This document shows positions 56,085 to 64,000 of a stretch of 64,000 nucleotides of DNA, one piece after another (within the stretch, counting starts at the first letter, position 1; each line of letters starts with the position of its first letter). The notes under the pieces were generated by a model. That model made no database searches and was not told the origin of the DNA. It saw nothing but the letters and a program-made list of their open reading frames with translations. The position numbers and the translations under genes were made by a program. Source of the stretch: a virus; the IMG/VR virus record IMGVR_UViG_3300036045_000002, positions 1 through 64,000 of that record. One strand, 5' to 3'.

Positions 56085-56264
56085 ATGCACTACCTCGTGA
56101 AGCACCCGAAGGACGACAGCTACCTGTACTGCCATCAGACCCCCGGCCGGCACGTCCTGTGGGTCACGGACAAGAGGCTGACCAGGAAGTTCGACACGGC
56201 GGCCGCCGCCAAACGGTTCGCCGTCCTGAACGAGGTCAAACACCGCATTGTCAAGGTCGTCTGA
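56085..56264 (+). CDS. Hypothetical protein
   Basis: AGGAG ribosome-binding site. Confidence 0.6.
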   Translation: MHYLVKHPKDDSYLYCHQTPGRHVLWVTDKRLTRKFDTAAAAKRFAVLNEVKHRIVKVV

Positions 56265-56292
56265 ACCATACCTACTTACCAAGGAGTCCGTC

Positions 56293-56520
56293 GTGCCTGA
56301 CAGCAAACCCAAAACGAAGCCGCCCAACGTCCCCCGGGAACTGTACGACCTCGCGAAGCGGATCATCGCCCAGACGATCATCCGCAACGCCAAGCATTCC
56401 GCCCAGGCCAAGGAACTCAAGGACACCACCGCGAACGTCCGGCTGGTGGCCAAGACCCTCAACGACTTCGTTGAGGTACTCCGGGCCGAGATCGACCGCC
56501 AACTCGGGTGGGAGGAGTGA
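56293..56520 (+). CDS. Hypothetical protein
   Basis: AAGGAG ribosome-binding site. Confidence 0.6.
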   Translation: MPDSKPKTKPPNVPRELYDLAKRIIAQTIIRNAKHSAQAKELKDTTANVRLVAKTLNDFVEVLRAEIDRQLGWEE

Positions 56521-57722
56521 CCGTGCTGACCTGGAAGAAGCGCAAGGACGGGTCGCTAATCGCGAGGGCCGGCAAGGAGGTCTATACCGTCCACCGGCTC
56601 CCGCCGAAAGGCGTCCGGGTCTACCCGATCTTCCGGCTCGGGAAGGACAACAAGCGGCTGTACGACGCGAAAGGCGACTCCGGCAAGGAGGTCTGCAAGC
56701 GGGTCGCCGGCAGGCTGCACTCCGGGGTCAAGTCGGCCTACGACACCGTCCGGACGAAGCTGTCGAAGGACCTGGTGGACGCCTTCGAGTACCACGTCGA
56801 GGTCTTTTACACCAAGTACGTCCCGCGGACTGGGAAAGACTACTGCCCGGACAAGGGGATGTTCCTGGCGGCCGCGAAGGCCGGGAAGAGTCCTTGGTTG
56901 TTGGTCAACACGACCGACGGCCTGTACGACAACTACAGGCCGGACTTCCTCGACGCCTTGTCACTGGAACTATTCCCGGTCTGGTACCGCGAAGAGGTCG
57001 AGTTGGCGAAGGCGAAGGCGGCCGCGAAGGCGAAGCAAGACGAGGAGGATAAGAAGGCGAACGCCGGTTACTTCGCCCAGACGGCTTCCGCCGCTAAAAG
57101 TCCTGTCAAAGTGGGAAAATACTCGGGCCCCGAACCCGAGTCGCGGGAGAGCAAAAGGCGGCCCCTTTCCGTGCCCACGGTCTACGCACCAGTCCCGTTC
57201 AAGCCCGAGGACGCGAAGTTCGCCACGCTCTACAAGTGGGCCGAGCGGGTCCGGGACTGGTGGGAGGTCAGGGGCCGGTTCGCGACGTATGAGTACCTGT
57301 CCTACGCGGCCCGGTATTGTTGCTTCCAGTCTTTCGACCGAGGGACGCTCGCCGCGGACAGGATGGCCCTCATCTACCGCCAGGAGGCCGGAAGGCGTCA
57401 GGCGGCAAACCAGGCCAGGATGGCCGTCGCCGGGCGGAAGGAGGCCCCAGGCGAGACGCCGGCGAAGAAGGCCCCGGGTAAGCTAGCACCCGAACGGAAG
57501 AAGGTCGAAAAGGACGGGTGGGGGTTCAAGAAGACGACCCGGGCCGCCGCCGTCAACGCCGTCTTGACCAAGGAGCCGAAAACGTTAAAACGGATCGAGC
57601 GGGAGTCCAAGGCGACGTCCGTGTCGAGCCACCTGGCCCGGCTCGTCCGGGACAAGAAACTCAAGCGGGTCGGGAAAGACCAGTACCGACTCCGCAAGGG
57701 CGTGAAGCCTGCCAATTCCTGA
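56517..57722 (+). CDS. Basic protein with C-terminal winged helix
   Basis: C-terminal EKDGWGF...SSHLARL domain shared with the next gene. Confidence 0.7.
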   Translation: MTVLTWKKRKDGSLIARAGKEVYTVHRLPPKGVRVYPIFRLGKDNKRLYDAKGDSGKEVCKRVAGRLHSGVKSAYDTVRTKLSKDLVDAFEYHVEVFYTKYVPRTGKDYCPDKGMFLAAAKAGKSPWLLVNTTDGLYDNYRPDFLDALSLELFPVWYREEVELAKAKAAAKAKQDEEDKKANAGYFAQTASAAKSPVKVGKYSGPEPESRESKRRPLSVPTVYAPVPFKPEDAKFATLYKWAERVRDWWEVRGRFATYEYLSYAARYCCFQSFDRGTLAADRMALIYRQEAGRRQAANQARMAVAGRKEAPGETPAKKAPGKLAPERKKVEKDGWGFKKTTRAAAVNAVLTKEPKTLKRIERESKATSVSSHLARLVRDKKLKRVGKDQYRLRKGVKPANS

Positions 57723-57834
57723 AAATACGCGCGGCCAACCAAAGTTCGGCCGCGAGTCTGAGAGCGAGAAGTCGAGTTGCGGGGCCCGACGTTCGGGCCT
57801 GCGATCCCAAGCGCCGTAGGTCGAGGAGACCGTC

Positions 57835-58752
57835 ATGCAGGTCAAGAAGTCCGACGCCCTCCAGGTGTTCCAGGCCCTCAAGTTCCAGAACTGCGCGGCC
57901 TGGAACGCCGAGAAGATGACCGAGAAGCTGAACGCCCTCGGCGAGGTCGTGGACGACGCGATGGTCAAGAAGCTCAAGGACCCGGTCGTGGTGAAGACCC
58001 TCAAGAACGTCCTCAAGGCCCTGGCCAAGGACGAGGAGGTCACCATCACGGATGACGCAAAGGCCAAGCCGGCCCCCGCCGCCAAGGCCACGCCGCCGAA
58101 GAAGGGCAGGACGCCGGAGCCGGAGGACGCGGACGAGGAGGAAGAAACGGACGACGAAGAGGACGAGGAAGAGCCCGAAGAAGAAGACGACCAGGACGAC
58201 GAACCCGAGGACGAATCAGACGACGAAGACGAGGACGAGGAGGAAGAGCCCTCCGAGGACGAGGAGGGCGACGACGACTCGGACGAGGAGGACTCGGACG
58301 AGGAGGACGACACCGACGAGTCGGACGACGACGAGGACAAGGAGTCGGACGACGAAGCCGAAGACGAGGAGGACGAGGAGATGGAAGCGCCGGCGAAGAA
58401 GAAGAAGACCGCGGCGGCCCCCGCCAAGAAGCAGGCCGCCAAGGCCCCCGAGAAGGGCAAGGTGGCGGCCGCGAAGAAGGGCATCCCGAAGGCCGGGCCC
58501 GGCGGGTCGCTGGAGAAGGACAAGTGGGGCTTCCGGACGCCGAGCCGGACGGCCCGCATCAACGCCGCCCTGTCGGACAAGCCGCAGTCGGTCAAGGAGT
58601 TGGAGCAGAAGGCCAAGGCCACCAGCATCCACTCGCACCTGGGCAAGCTGAAGCTGATGGGCCTCGTGGTCAAGGACGCCGAGGGTCGGTTCATGCTGTC
58701 CAAGAAGGGGGGCGGCAAGGGGCCGGCCCCGAAGGCCGCCGCGAAGAAGTGA
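57835..58752 (+). CDS. Protein with long D/E tract, K/A-rich linkers and C-terminal winged helix
   Basis: About 85-residue acidic run; EKDKWGF...HSHLGKL. Confidence 0.8.
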   Translation: MQVKKSDALQVFQALKFQNCAAWNAEKMTEKLNALGEVVDDAMVKKLKDPVVVKTLKNVLKALAKDEEVTITDDAKAKPAPAAKATPPKKGRTPEPEDADEEEETDDEEDEEEPEEEDDQDDEPEDESDDEDEDEEEEPSEDEEGDDDSDEEDSDEEDDTDESDDDEDKESDDEAEDEEDEEMEAPAKKKKTAAAPAKKQAAKAPEKGKVAAAKKGIPKAGPGGSLEKDKWGFRTPSRTARINAALSDKPQSVKELEQKAKATSIHSHLGKLKLMGLVVKDAEGRFMLSKKGGGKGPAPKAAAKK

Positions 58753-58807
58753 CCGAGGCCGACCAGGAGGGGGCTTGACGGTCCCCTCCTTTCCCAAGGA
58801 GTCTTCC

Positions 58808-59263
58808 ATGCACGCGATCACGGTCACAATCCCGTTCTGCGCCGGCCATCGGGTCCTCGGGCACCAAGGCAAGTGCCAGTACCTGCACGGCCACAACTAC
58901 CGGGCGGTCGTAACCTTCGAGTCGGACGGACTCGACCATATGGGGTTCGTGGCCGACTTCGGCGTGGTCAAGGACCGACTCAAGACGTGGATCGACTCGG
59001 CCTGGGACCACAACTTCATCGCCCACCCCCACGACCCGCTCGTCCAATTGTGGGGGCAAGTAGATGTGGTCGGGGGCCTCTTTGGCAACCCGGGCCACGC
59101 CAGGAAGCCTTACGTCATGAGGTGCCACGGAAACCCGACCGCCGAGAACATGGCGAAGGAATTGGCGACCTTTGCGGCCGAGGTCGCCAAGGAGAACGAG
59201 TGCGACCTGGCTGAGGTCGTGATTTACGAAACCGACACGTCGATGGGTCGGTATGTGCCGTAG
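58808..59263 (+). CDS. queD: 6-carboxytetrahydropterin synthase
   Basis: FCAGHR...CQYLHGHNY, DFG, WDH, NPTAEN, YET. Confidence 0.92.
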   Translation: MHAITVTIPFCAGHRVLGHQGKCQYLHGHNYRAVVTFESDGLDHMGFVADFGVVKDRLKTWIDSAWDHNFIAHPHDPLVQLWGQVDVVGGLFGNPGHARKPYVMRCHGNPTAENMAKELATFAAEVAKENECDLAEVVIYETDTSMGRYVP

Positions 59264-59312
59264 CCGATTGGCCCGCCCGCAAACCTCAACCGAGACCTAA
59301 CGGAGACCTCCG

Positions 59313-59561
59313 GTGCCGCACGTCGCTAACCCCCCGGCCTACCTGGCCCGCTCGTCCGTCAGCAAGTACGTCCACGAAGGCCGGGTCGCCAGGTTCGTCG
59401 GCGACGGCGCTCCTCTCCCGCCCAGGCCGGCGACCTGCTTCTCACTGGAGCAGGCCCTGACCAACATGAACTGGTCGCTCTCGTCCATCGACGAAGGCGT
59501 CCGGCGAGGCGTCCTGGAGTTCTTCCGCAAGGCCGGCAAGGCCTTCATCCGCATCCTGTGA
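59313..59561 (+). CDS. Hypothetical protein
   Basis: GGAG ribosome-binding site; coupled to queE. Confidence 0.55.
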   Translation: MPHVANPPAYLARSSVSKYVHEGRVARFVGDGAPLPPRPATCFSLEQALTNMNWSLSSIDEGVRRGVLEFFRKAGKAFIRIL

Positions 59562-60310
59562 GGCCGACAGTGAGTGACTCACCGATTAAATCGAAACTGG
59601 TCGAGCCGGGCCGTCAGAACCTCCAGACGGTCGAGAAGCAAGACCTCGACCCGGGCCGCCCATACGAGGTCTTCAAAGTCTGGAAGACGATCCAGGGCGA
59701 AGGCCCGTTCGCCGGCCGGCCGGCCGTGTTCGTCAGGCTGGCCGGGTGTAACCTCCAGTGCCCGGCGTGTGACACGGACTACACGTCCCGCCGGGACTTG
59801 ATGTCCACCCACACGCTGTTCGCGGAGGTCGTCAAACTGGCCACCCGCGGCCTGGTCGTCTTCACCGGGGGCGAGCCTTTCCGCCAGCGACTCGGGCCGA
59901 TCGTCCGGGAGTTGATTCACACGGGGGACTACTCCGTGCAGATCGAGACCAACGGCACCCTGTGGGACGAGGACATGCCGTGGTTCGGCGACCTGACCGT
60001 CGTGTGCTCGCCGAAGACGCCGAAGATCCACCCGCTCACGGAGGAGCGGGTCAACTACTACAAGTACGTGGTCGAAGACGGTCACATCGACCCGGTGGAC
60101 GGCCTGCCGACCCGCGTCCTGGGGGCCCCGTGCGCGGCCCACAAGCCGAGGCCGCACTTCCCCCGGCACAAGGTGTACATCCAGCCGATGGACAACGGGC
60201 CGTGGCTGGGAGGCATGACCGGGAACAACGTCCACGCCGCGGCCGAGGTGTGCATGCGGCACGGGTACACGCTGAGCCTCCAAATCCACAAGATACTCGG
60301 ACTCGAATAG
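59558..60310 (+). CDS. queE: 7-carboxy-7-deazaguanine synthase (radical SAM)
   Basis: TIQGEG, FVRLAGCNLQCPACDT, TGGEP, IETNG, SPK, LQIHK. Confidence 0.93.
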   Translation: MRPTVSDSPIKSKLVEPGRQNLQTVEKQDLDPGRPYEVFKVWKTIQGEGPFAGRPAVFVRLAGCNLQCPACDTDYTSRRDLMSTHTLFAEVVKLATRGLVVFTGGEPFRQRLGPIVRELIHTGDYSVQIETNGTLWDEDMPWFGDLTVVCSPKTPKIHPLTEERVNYYKYVVEDGHIDPVDGLPTRVLGAPCAAHKPRPHFPRHKVYIQPMDNGPWLGGMTGNNVHAAAEVCMRHGYTLSLQIHKILGLE

Positions 60311-60344
60311 CCTGCGCCCGCGACAGGCGAGACTGAAAACGCTG

Positions 60345-60385
60345 GCGACCCGGGCCTCCGGCGGTCGAGGCCCGGGTCGCTTTTT
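60345..60385 (+). terminator. Rho-independent terminator between queE and folE
   Basis: 14-bp stem gcgacccgggcctc/gaggcccgggtcgc followed by TTTTT. Confidence 0.8.
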
Positions 60386-60413
60386 CCTAGACCGACAGCC
60401 GGAGTTTTCCGCC

Positions 60414-60992
60414 ATGCTGGTGACACGCCCGCCTCGACCGACCCACCACGAGGCCGTCCAGGCCGTCAAGACGCTCCTCCGGTACGTCGGCGAGGACCCC
60501 GACCGGGAAGGACTGCTGGACACACCGGAGCGGGTGCTCCGGGCGTACTCCGAACTCCTGGCCGGGTACGACCGGCAGGCCGGGTTCCAACTCAAGACGT
60601 TCGCCGACGGCGTGTGCGACGAAATGGTCGTGGTCAAAGGGATCGAGTTCACCAGCTTCTGCGAACACCATTGGCTGCCGTTCTCCGGCGTCGCCCACGT
60701 CGGGTACCTGCCGGACACACGGATCGTGGGCCTGTCGAAGATCCCGCGACTCGTGGACGTGTTCGCCAAGCGGCTCCAGGTGCAGGAGAGGATGACCCAG
60801 CAGGTTGTGGACGCCTTGCAGGAGTACCTGGCCCCCAAGGGGTGCGGGTGCGTGGTCGTCGCGTCCCACTCGTGCATGTCGTGCCGGGGCGTCAGGAAGC
60901 AGAACGCCACCATGACCACGTCCGCCTTGCGGGGGGCGTTTAAAGCGGACGCTTCGACCCGGGCCGAATTCCTGTCCATCGTGAGAGGGTGA
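60414..60992 (+). CDS. folE: GTP cyclohydrolase I
   Basis: REGLLDTPERV, CEHH, GLSK, RLQVQER, HSCMSCRG. Confidence 0.95.
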   Translation: MLVTRPPRPTHHEAVQAVKTLLRYVGEDPDREGLLDTPERVLRAYSELLAGYDRQAGFQLKTFADGVCDEMVVVKGIEFTSFCEHHWLPFSGVAHVGYLPDTRIVGLSKIPRLVDVFAKRLQVQERMTQQVVDALQEYLAPKGCGCVVVASHSCMSCRGVRKQNATMTTSALRGAFKADASTRAEFLSIVRG

Positions 60993-60995
60993 GTC

Positions 60996-61337
60996 GTGCC
61001 TAACCGAAAGGCCGTCAAGAACCGGTACGCCGGAAGAAAATCAACGGCCGGCCCGACCAGGCCGAACACCTGGAGGTACGGTCGGGTGGAGCCTACGGCC
61101 AAGGCCGGCCTGTACCTGCTGAAACTCCGGAGCAGGGTAGACGTTTGCCAGGTCGTCTACCTGCCTCGGGAGGACAACCCGGACGCGACGTACCTGGCCG
61201 TGGTCTGCCGGGGCCTGACGCGGGAGTTCAAACACTGGTCGGACCTGCACGACCTGGTGCGGGACGAGGTCGTGATGTACTACGGCCCCGTCCAACCGTA
61301 CAACGACAACACCAACCCGAACCTCCCAGGAGGGTGA
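60996..61337 (+). CDS. Hypothetical protein
   Basis: Operon context. Confidence 0.55.
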   Translation: MPNRKAVKNRYAGRKSTAGPTRPNTWRYGRVEPTAKAGLYLLKLRSRVDVCQVVYLPREDNPDATYLAVVCRGLTREFKHWSDLHDLVRDEVVMYYGPVQPYNDNTNPNLPGG

Positions 61338-61338
61338 C

Positions 61339-61728
61339 GTGCTCAGCTTCAACACCGCGGTGTGGGTCAAGGCGCGGTTCACCGCGTTGCACCGGTGGAA
61401 GGACGCCCCCGACGAGGCCGCCTTCCTGCGGGACTACCACCGGCACGAGTTCCACGTGGAACTCGGCGTCAAAGTCAACCACGACGACCGGGACGTGGAA
61501 TTCTTGAAACTCAAGAACGACCTGCAGTGCCTGCTCCTGGCCGTCTACCACAACGAGACCTTCGACCACTCCTGCGAGCAGGTCGCCTCGCAGATCCTGA
61601 CCAGGTACCACGACGCCGGGTGGGACGTGGCCTACTGCAAGGTGAGCGAGGACGGCGAGAACGGGGCGACCGTCTACGCCGTCAAGCCCCTCCAAGTCGT
61701 CGTCCCCTTCCGGCCGGAGGAGAACTGA
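61339..61728 (+). CDS. Second QueD-like T-fold protein
   Basis: F.ALHRW...HRHEFH, DRDVEF, SCEQVA, VSEDGENGA. Confidence 0.75.
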   Translation: MLSFNTAVWVKARFTALHRWKDAPDEAAFLRDYHRHEFHVELGVKVNHDDRDVEFLKLKNDLQCLLLAVYHNETFDHSCEQVASQILTRYHDAGWDVAYCKVSEDGENGATVYAVKPLQVVVPFRPEEN

Positions 61729-62996
61729 TGCTCTACTACCTGCCACTCGAACCGTACAAGGAACGGTACACGATGCAACTCTCGGCGGCCGAGACCGGCT
61801 GGTTCGAGAGGAACTGGTTGGCGGCCAACGTCAACTACAAACGGATCCAGCCTCCGTTCTCGACGCCTACGACCCCGCCAAGGTCGATCAAGACCGGGCG
61901 GGTGCTGGACGCGGTGGGGAGGTCGCGGTGGGCGATGGGGCAGATCGACCAACTCCTGTCGCTGGCCGACCGGGACTACATCTCCAGCACCGACGTGATC
62001 TACCTGGACGACTTCTGGCACCCCGGCGTCCAGGCCCTCCCGTACCTGTTCCAGCAGAAGGGCATCAAGCCCCGGATGTACGCCTTCTGCTGGGCGCAGT
62101 CCGTTGACCAGTACGACTTCACCTACGCGATGCGGGACTGGATTCGGCACTTCGAGCGCGGCACGGCCGCGCTCCTGGACGGGGTGTTCGTCGCGTCCAC
62201 GGAACTCAAGACCCTGCTCGCCCGGGAGTGGGTTGCGCACGAAGGCAAGGTCGAGGTCGTCGGCCTGCCGTTCGACTCGGGTGAGGTCAAATCGAGAATG
62301 CCTGAGGACTACCAGGTGTACACGGACCGGGACCGGCTGTCCAAGCTGATCGACGTGTCCGGTTACCCGACCGAAATGCCCCGAAAGAACCAGGTCGTGT
62401 TCTCGTCCAGGTGGGACCGGGAGAAGGACCCGCAGTTCTTCTGCCGGGTGGCGGAAATCGTCCTCCGGGAGACCCAGGACGTCAAGTTCGTCGTCTGCTC
62501 CTCGGCCGACGTGATCCGGTCTAACTACCCCGGCCTGGTGAACAGCCTGGACGACATGGCGATCCGGCACCCGCACAACTTCCAGGTCGCGACCGGGCTG
62601 ACGAAGGAGGCCTACTACCGGATTCTGACCGAGTCCAAGGTCCAGTTCAACTGCGCCGACCAGGACTGGGTGTCGTTCACCCTCCTGGAGGCCGTCACGG
62701 CCGGCTGCTACCCGCTGTACCCGTACTTCCGGAGTTTTCCCGAGACGTTCGACCGGGACATGCGGTTCATGTACCCGAAGGACAACGAGCAGGAGGCCGC
62801 GAAGAAGCTCCTGGCCGTCCTCCGGACGCCGGACGACCTCTGGGCCGCCGACCAGATCGCCGAAAGGCAGCAGATCGTCCGGCGGCACGACATGACCTGG
62901 ATGCGAATTCTTGACAGGATGCAAGTCCACTTCGACTGTGACCCGGAGACCCGCAAGAAGGTGCGAAAGGAAGCGTACGCGCCGGGCGCTGTCTAG
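61728..62996 (+). CDS. GT-B (family 4-like) glycosyltransferase
   Basis: FSSRWDREKDP; FNCADQDWVSFTLLEA..AGC.PLYP..RSFPE. Confidence 0.8.
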   Translation: MLYYLPLEPYKERYTMQLSAAETGWFERNWLAANVNYKRIQPPFSTPTTPPRSIKTGRVLDAVGRSRWAMGQIDQLLSLADRDYISSTDVIYLDDFWHPGVQALPYLFQQKGIKPRMYAFCWAQSVDQYDFTYAMRDWIRHFERGTAALLDGVFVASTELKTLLAREWVAHEGKVEVVGLPFDSGEVKSRMPEDYQVYTDRDRLSKLIDVSGYPTEMPRKNQVVFSSRWDREKDPQFFCRVAEIVLRETQDVKFVVCSSADVIRSNYPGLVNSLDDMAIRHPHNFQVATGLTKEAYYRILTESKVQFNCADQDWVSFTLLEAVTAGCYPLYPYFRSFPETFDRDMRFMYPKDNEQEAAKKLLAVLRTPDDLWAADQIAERQQIVRRHDMTWMRILDRMQVHFDCDPETRKKVRKEAYAPGAV

Positions 62997-63020
62997 CGAA
63001 AACTCGCAGACCCCGCGCCA

Positions 63021-63116
63021 TTCGCTCTAGAATCGCGTCTGGCGCGTTTTCAACTCGAAAGTGACTCTCTTCTCAGTTTCGTCGGGACCTCGCGCCAGAC
63101 GCGATTCTAGAGCGAA
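63021..63116. repeat. Dispersed palindromic element, copy D: perfect 26-bp inverted repeat with 44-bp spacer
   Basis: ttcgctctagaatcgcgtctggcgcg ... cgcgccagacgcgattctagagcgaa. Confidence 0.9.
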
Positions 63117-63126
63117 AGGGACTGCC

Positions 63127-63864
63127 GTGACCGACAAGTACGACAACCGCAACCACCCTTTGTTTGAAGGACAGAACAACCAGAACTCGCTCAACCTGGG
63201 ACTCACGACGTTCTGCACCATGCGGTGCCCGAACTGCTCCATTTCCGTCCCGAAGCACAAGGCCGAGAAGACGGCTAAGGACGCGAGCGTGTCGGACATC
63301 ATCCGGGACTCCCGCTGGATGCGGGGCCTGCGTCGCGTCCATCTGACCGGAGGAGAGCCTCTTCTCCACCCCGACTTCAGGTACGTCGCCGAGCACGCCC
63401 GCGACTGGTTCCACTGCTCTTACCTGACCGTCGAGACGAACGGCCACCTGTACCACAAGTACAAGGACGTGTTCCGGACGTTTGACCTGGTGTTCGTGAC
63501 CCATTACGAACAAGACACGATCTACCCGGGCAACCCGGGCAACGGTCACATCGTGGACCTAGTCCAACAAGACCTAGGAGACCGGATGATCCGGGAGCCT
63601 CCGGTCAGGCACGAACACGGCCACGGAATCCGGGAACAACTCGTCCAGCTGAACGCGTCCAAAGGACAACTCCCGGAGGACGTGGCCTGCTCCAAGTACC
63701 GGAACCCGGGCCTCCCGGCCGGCTGGTACGACGGCAAGGTCTACGCCTGCTGCGTGTCGTTCGGCATCAGCTCGGAGCTGGGAATTCCGGTGACCGAGGA
63801 CTGGCGACAGCGAATTCAGAATCTGGCGAAAGGCTGCATCAAGTGCTGCTACCACGGGACGTGA
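63127..63864 (+). CDS. Radical SAM protein with SPASM/twitch-like C-terminal cysteines
   Basis: CTMRCPNC, TGGEPLLHP, VETNG, DGKVYACC, CIKC. Confidence 0.85.
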   Translation: MTDKYDNRNHPLFEGQNNQNSLNLGLTTFCTMRCPNCSISVPKHKAEKTAKDASVSDIIRDSRWMRGLRRVHLTGGEPLLHPDFRYVAEHARDWFHCSYLTVETNGHLYHKYKDVFRTFDLVFVTHYEQDTIYPGNPGNGHIVDLVQQDLGDRMIREPPVRHEHGHGIREQLVQLNASKGQLPEDVACSKYRNPGLPAGWYDGKVYACCVSFGISSELGIPVTEDWRQRIQNLAKGCIKCCYHGT

Positions 63865-63865
63865 C

Positions 63866-64000
63866 ATGGGTACCTCTGGACAAGGGCTGAAACGGCTGAA
63901 GCGGAACAAGTCGGTCGTGTCCCTCCAAGGCATGGACAGGCAGTGCCGGAGCCTCTGGCTGGACTCCGGAGCCCACAGCCTCTATCACCAACACTGCTTC
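63866..64000 (+). CDS. TGT/DpdA-like transglycosylase, N-terminal fragment cut by the window end
   Basis: Translates to MGTSGQG...SLWLDSGAHSLY; LDSGA is the catalytic-Asp motif of TGT-fold proteins. Only 45 aa visible. Confidence 0.55.
   Translation, partial: MGTSGQGLKRLKRNKSVVSLQGMDRQCRSLWLDSGAHSLYHQHCF

Noticed and set aside
39380-63116. Integron attC sites or IS/MITE ends for the palindromic elements
   Set aside because: No RYYYAAC/GTTRRRY boxes, no target duplications seen and no integrase or transposase in the window; kept as an unexplained family.

Overview
A 64-kb segment of a GC-rich tailed dsDNA phage with a siphovirus-type tail. The host is probably a planctomycete, judged from a LEPR-XLL-like leader protein. 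Layout: (1) 1-5.0 kb, + strand recombination genes: 5'-3' exonuclease, intein-containing RuvC-like resolvase, split SbcC and SbcD. (2) 4.9-33.8 kb, - strand virion and lysis-region genes: tail fibre, tape measure, frameshifted tail chaperone, tail tube, head-tail proteins, major capsid, protease/scaffold, papain-like peptidase cassette, portal, large repeat protein. (3) 33.85-36.2 kb, a mostly non-coding island with phased A-tracts, palindromic repeats and a stretch with no GG or CC dinucleotides. (4) Terminase genes on the - strand. (5) 38.9-64 kb, + strand early/middle genes: TraR/DksA-type finger, MoxR-like AAA pair, NusG paralogue, sigma-like factor, dCTP deaminase, SNF2 helicase, primase, DnaB, and a 7-deazaguanine cluster (QueD, QueE, FolE, second T-fold protein, glycosyltransferase, extra radical SAM, truncated TGT/DpdA-like gene). 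Top observations: an HNH endonuclease gene nested out-of-frame inside an intact intein; a deazaguanine cluster that may glycosylate DNA; GG/CC-free DNA in the island and at some promoters; and five dispersed palindromic elements whose inverted half-sites are 70-71 bp apart. All product calls come from motif recognition by eye; no database searches were run.
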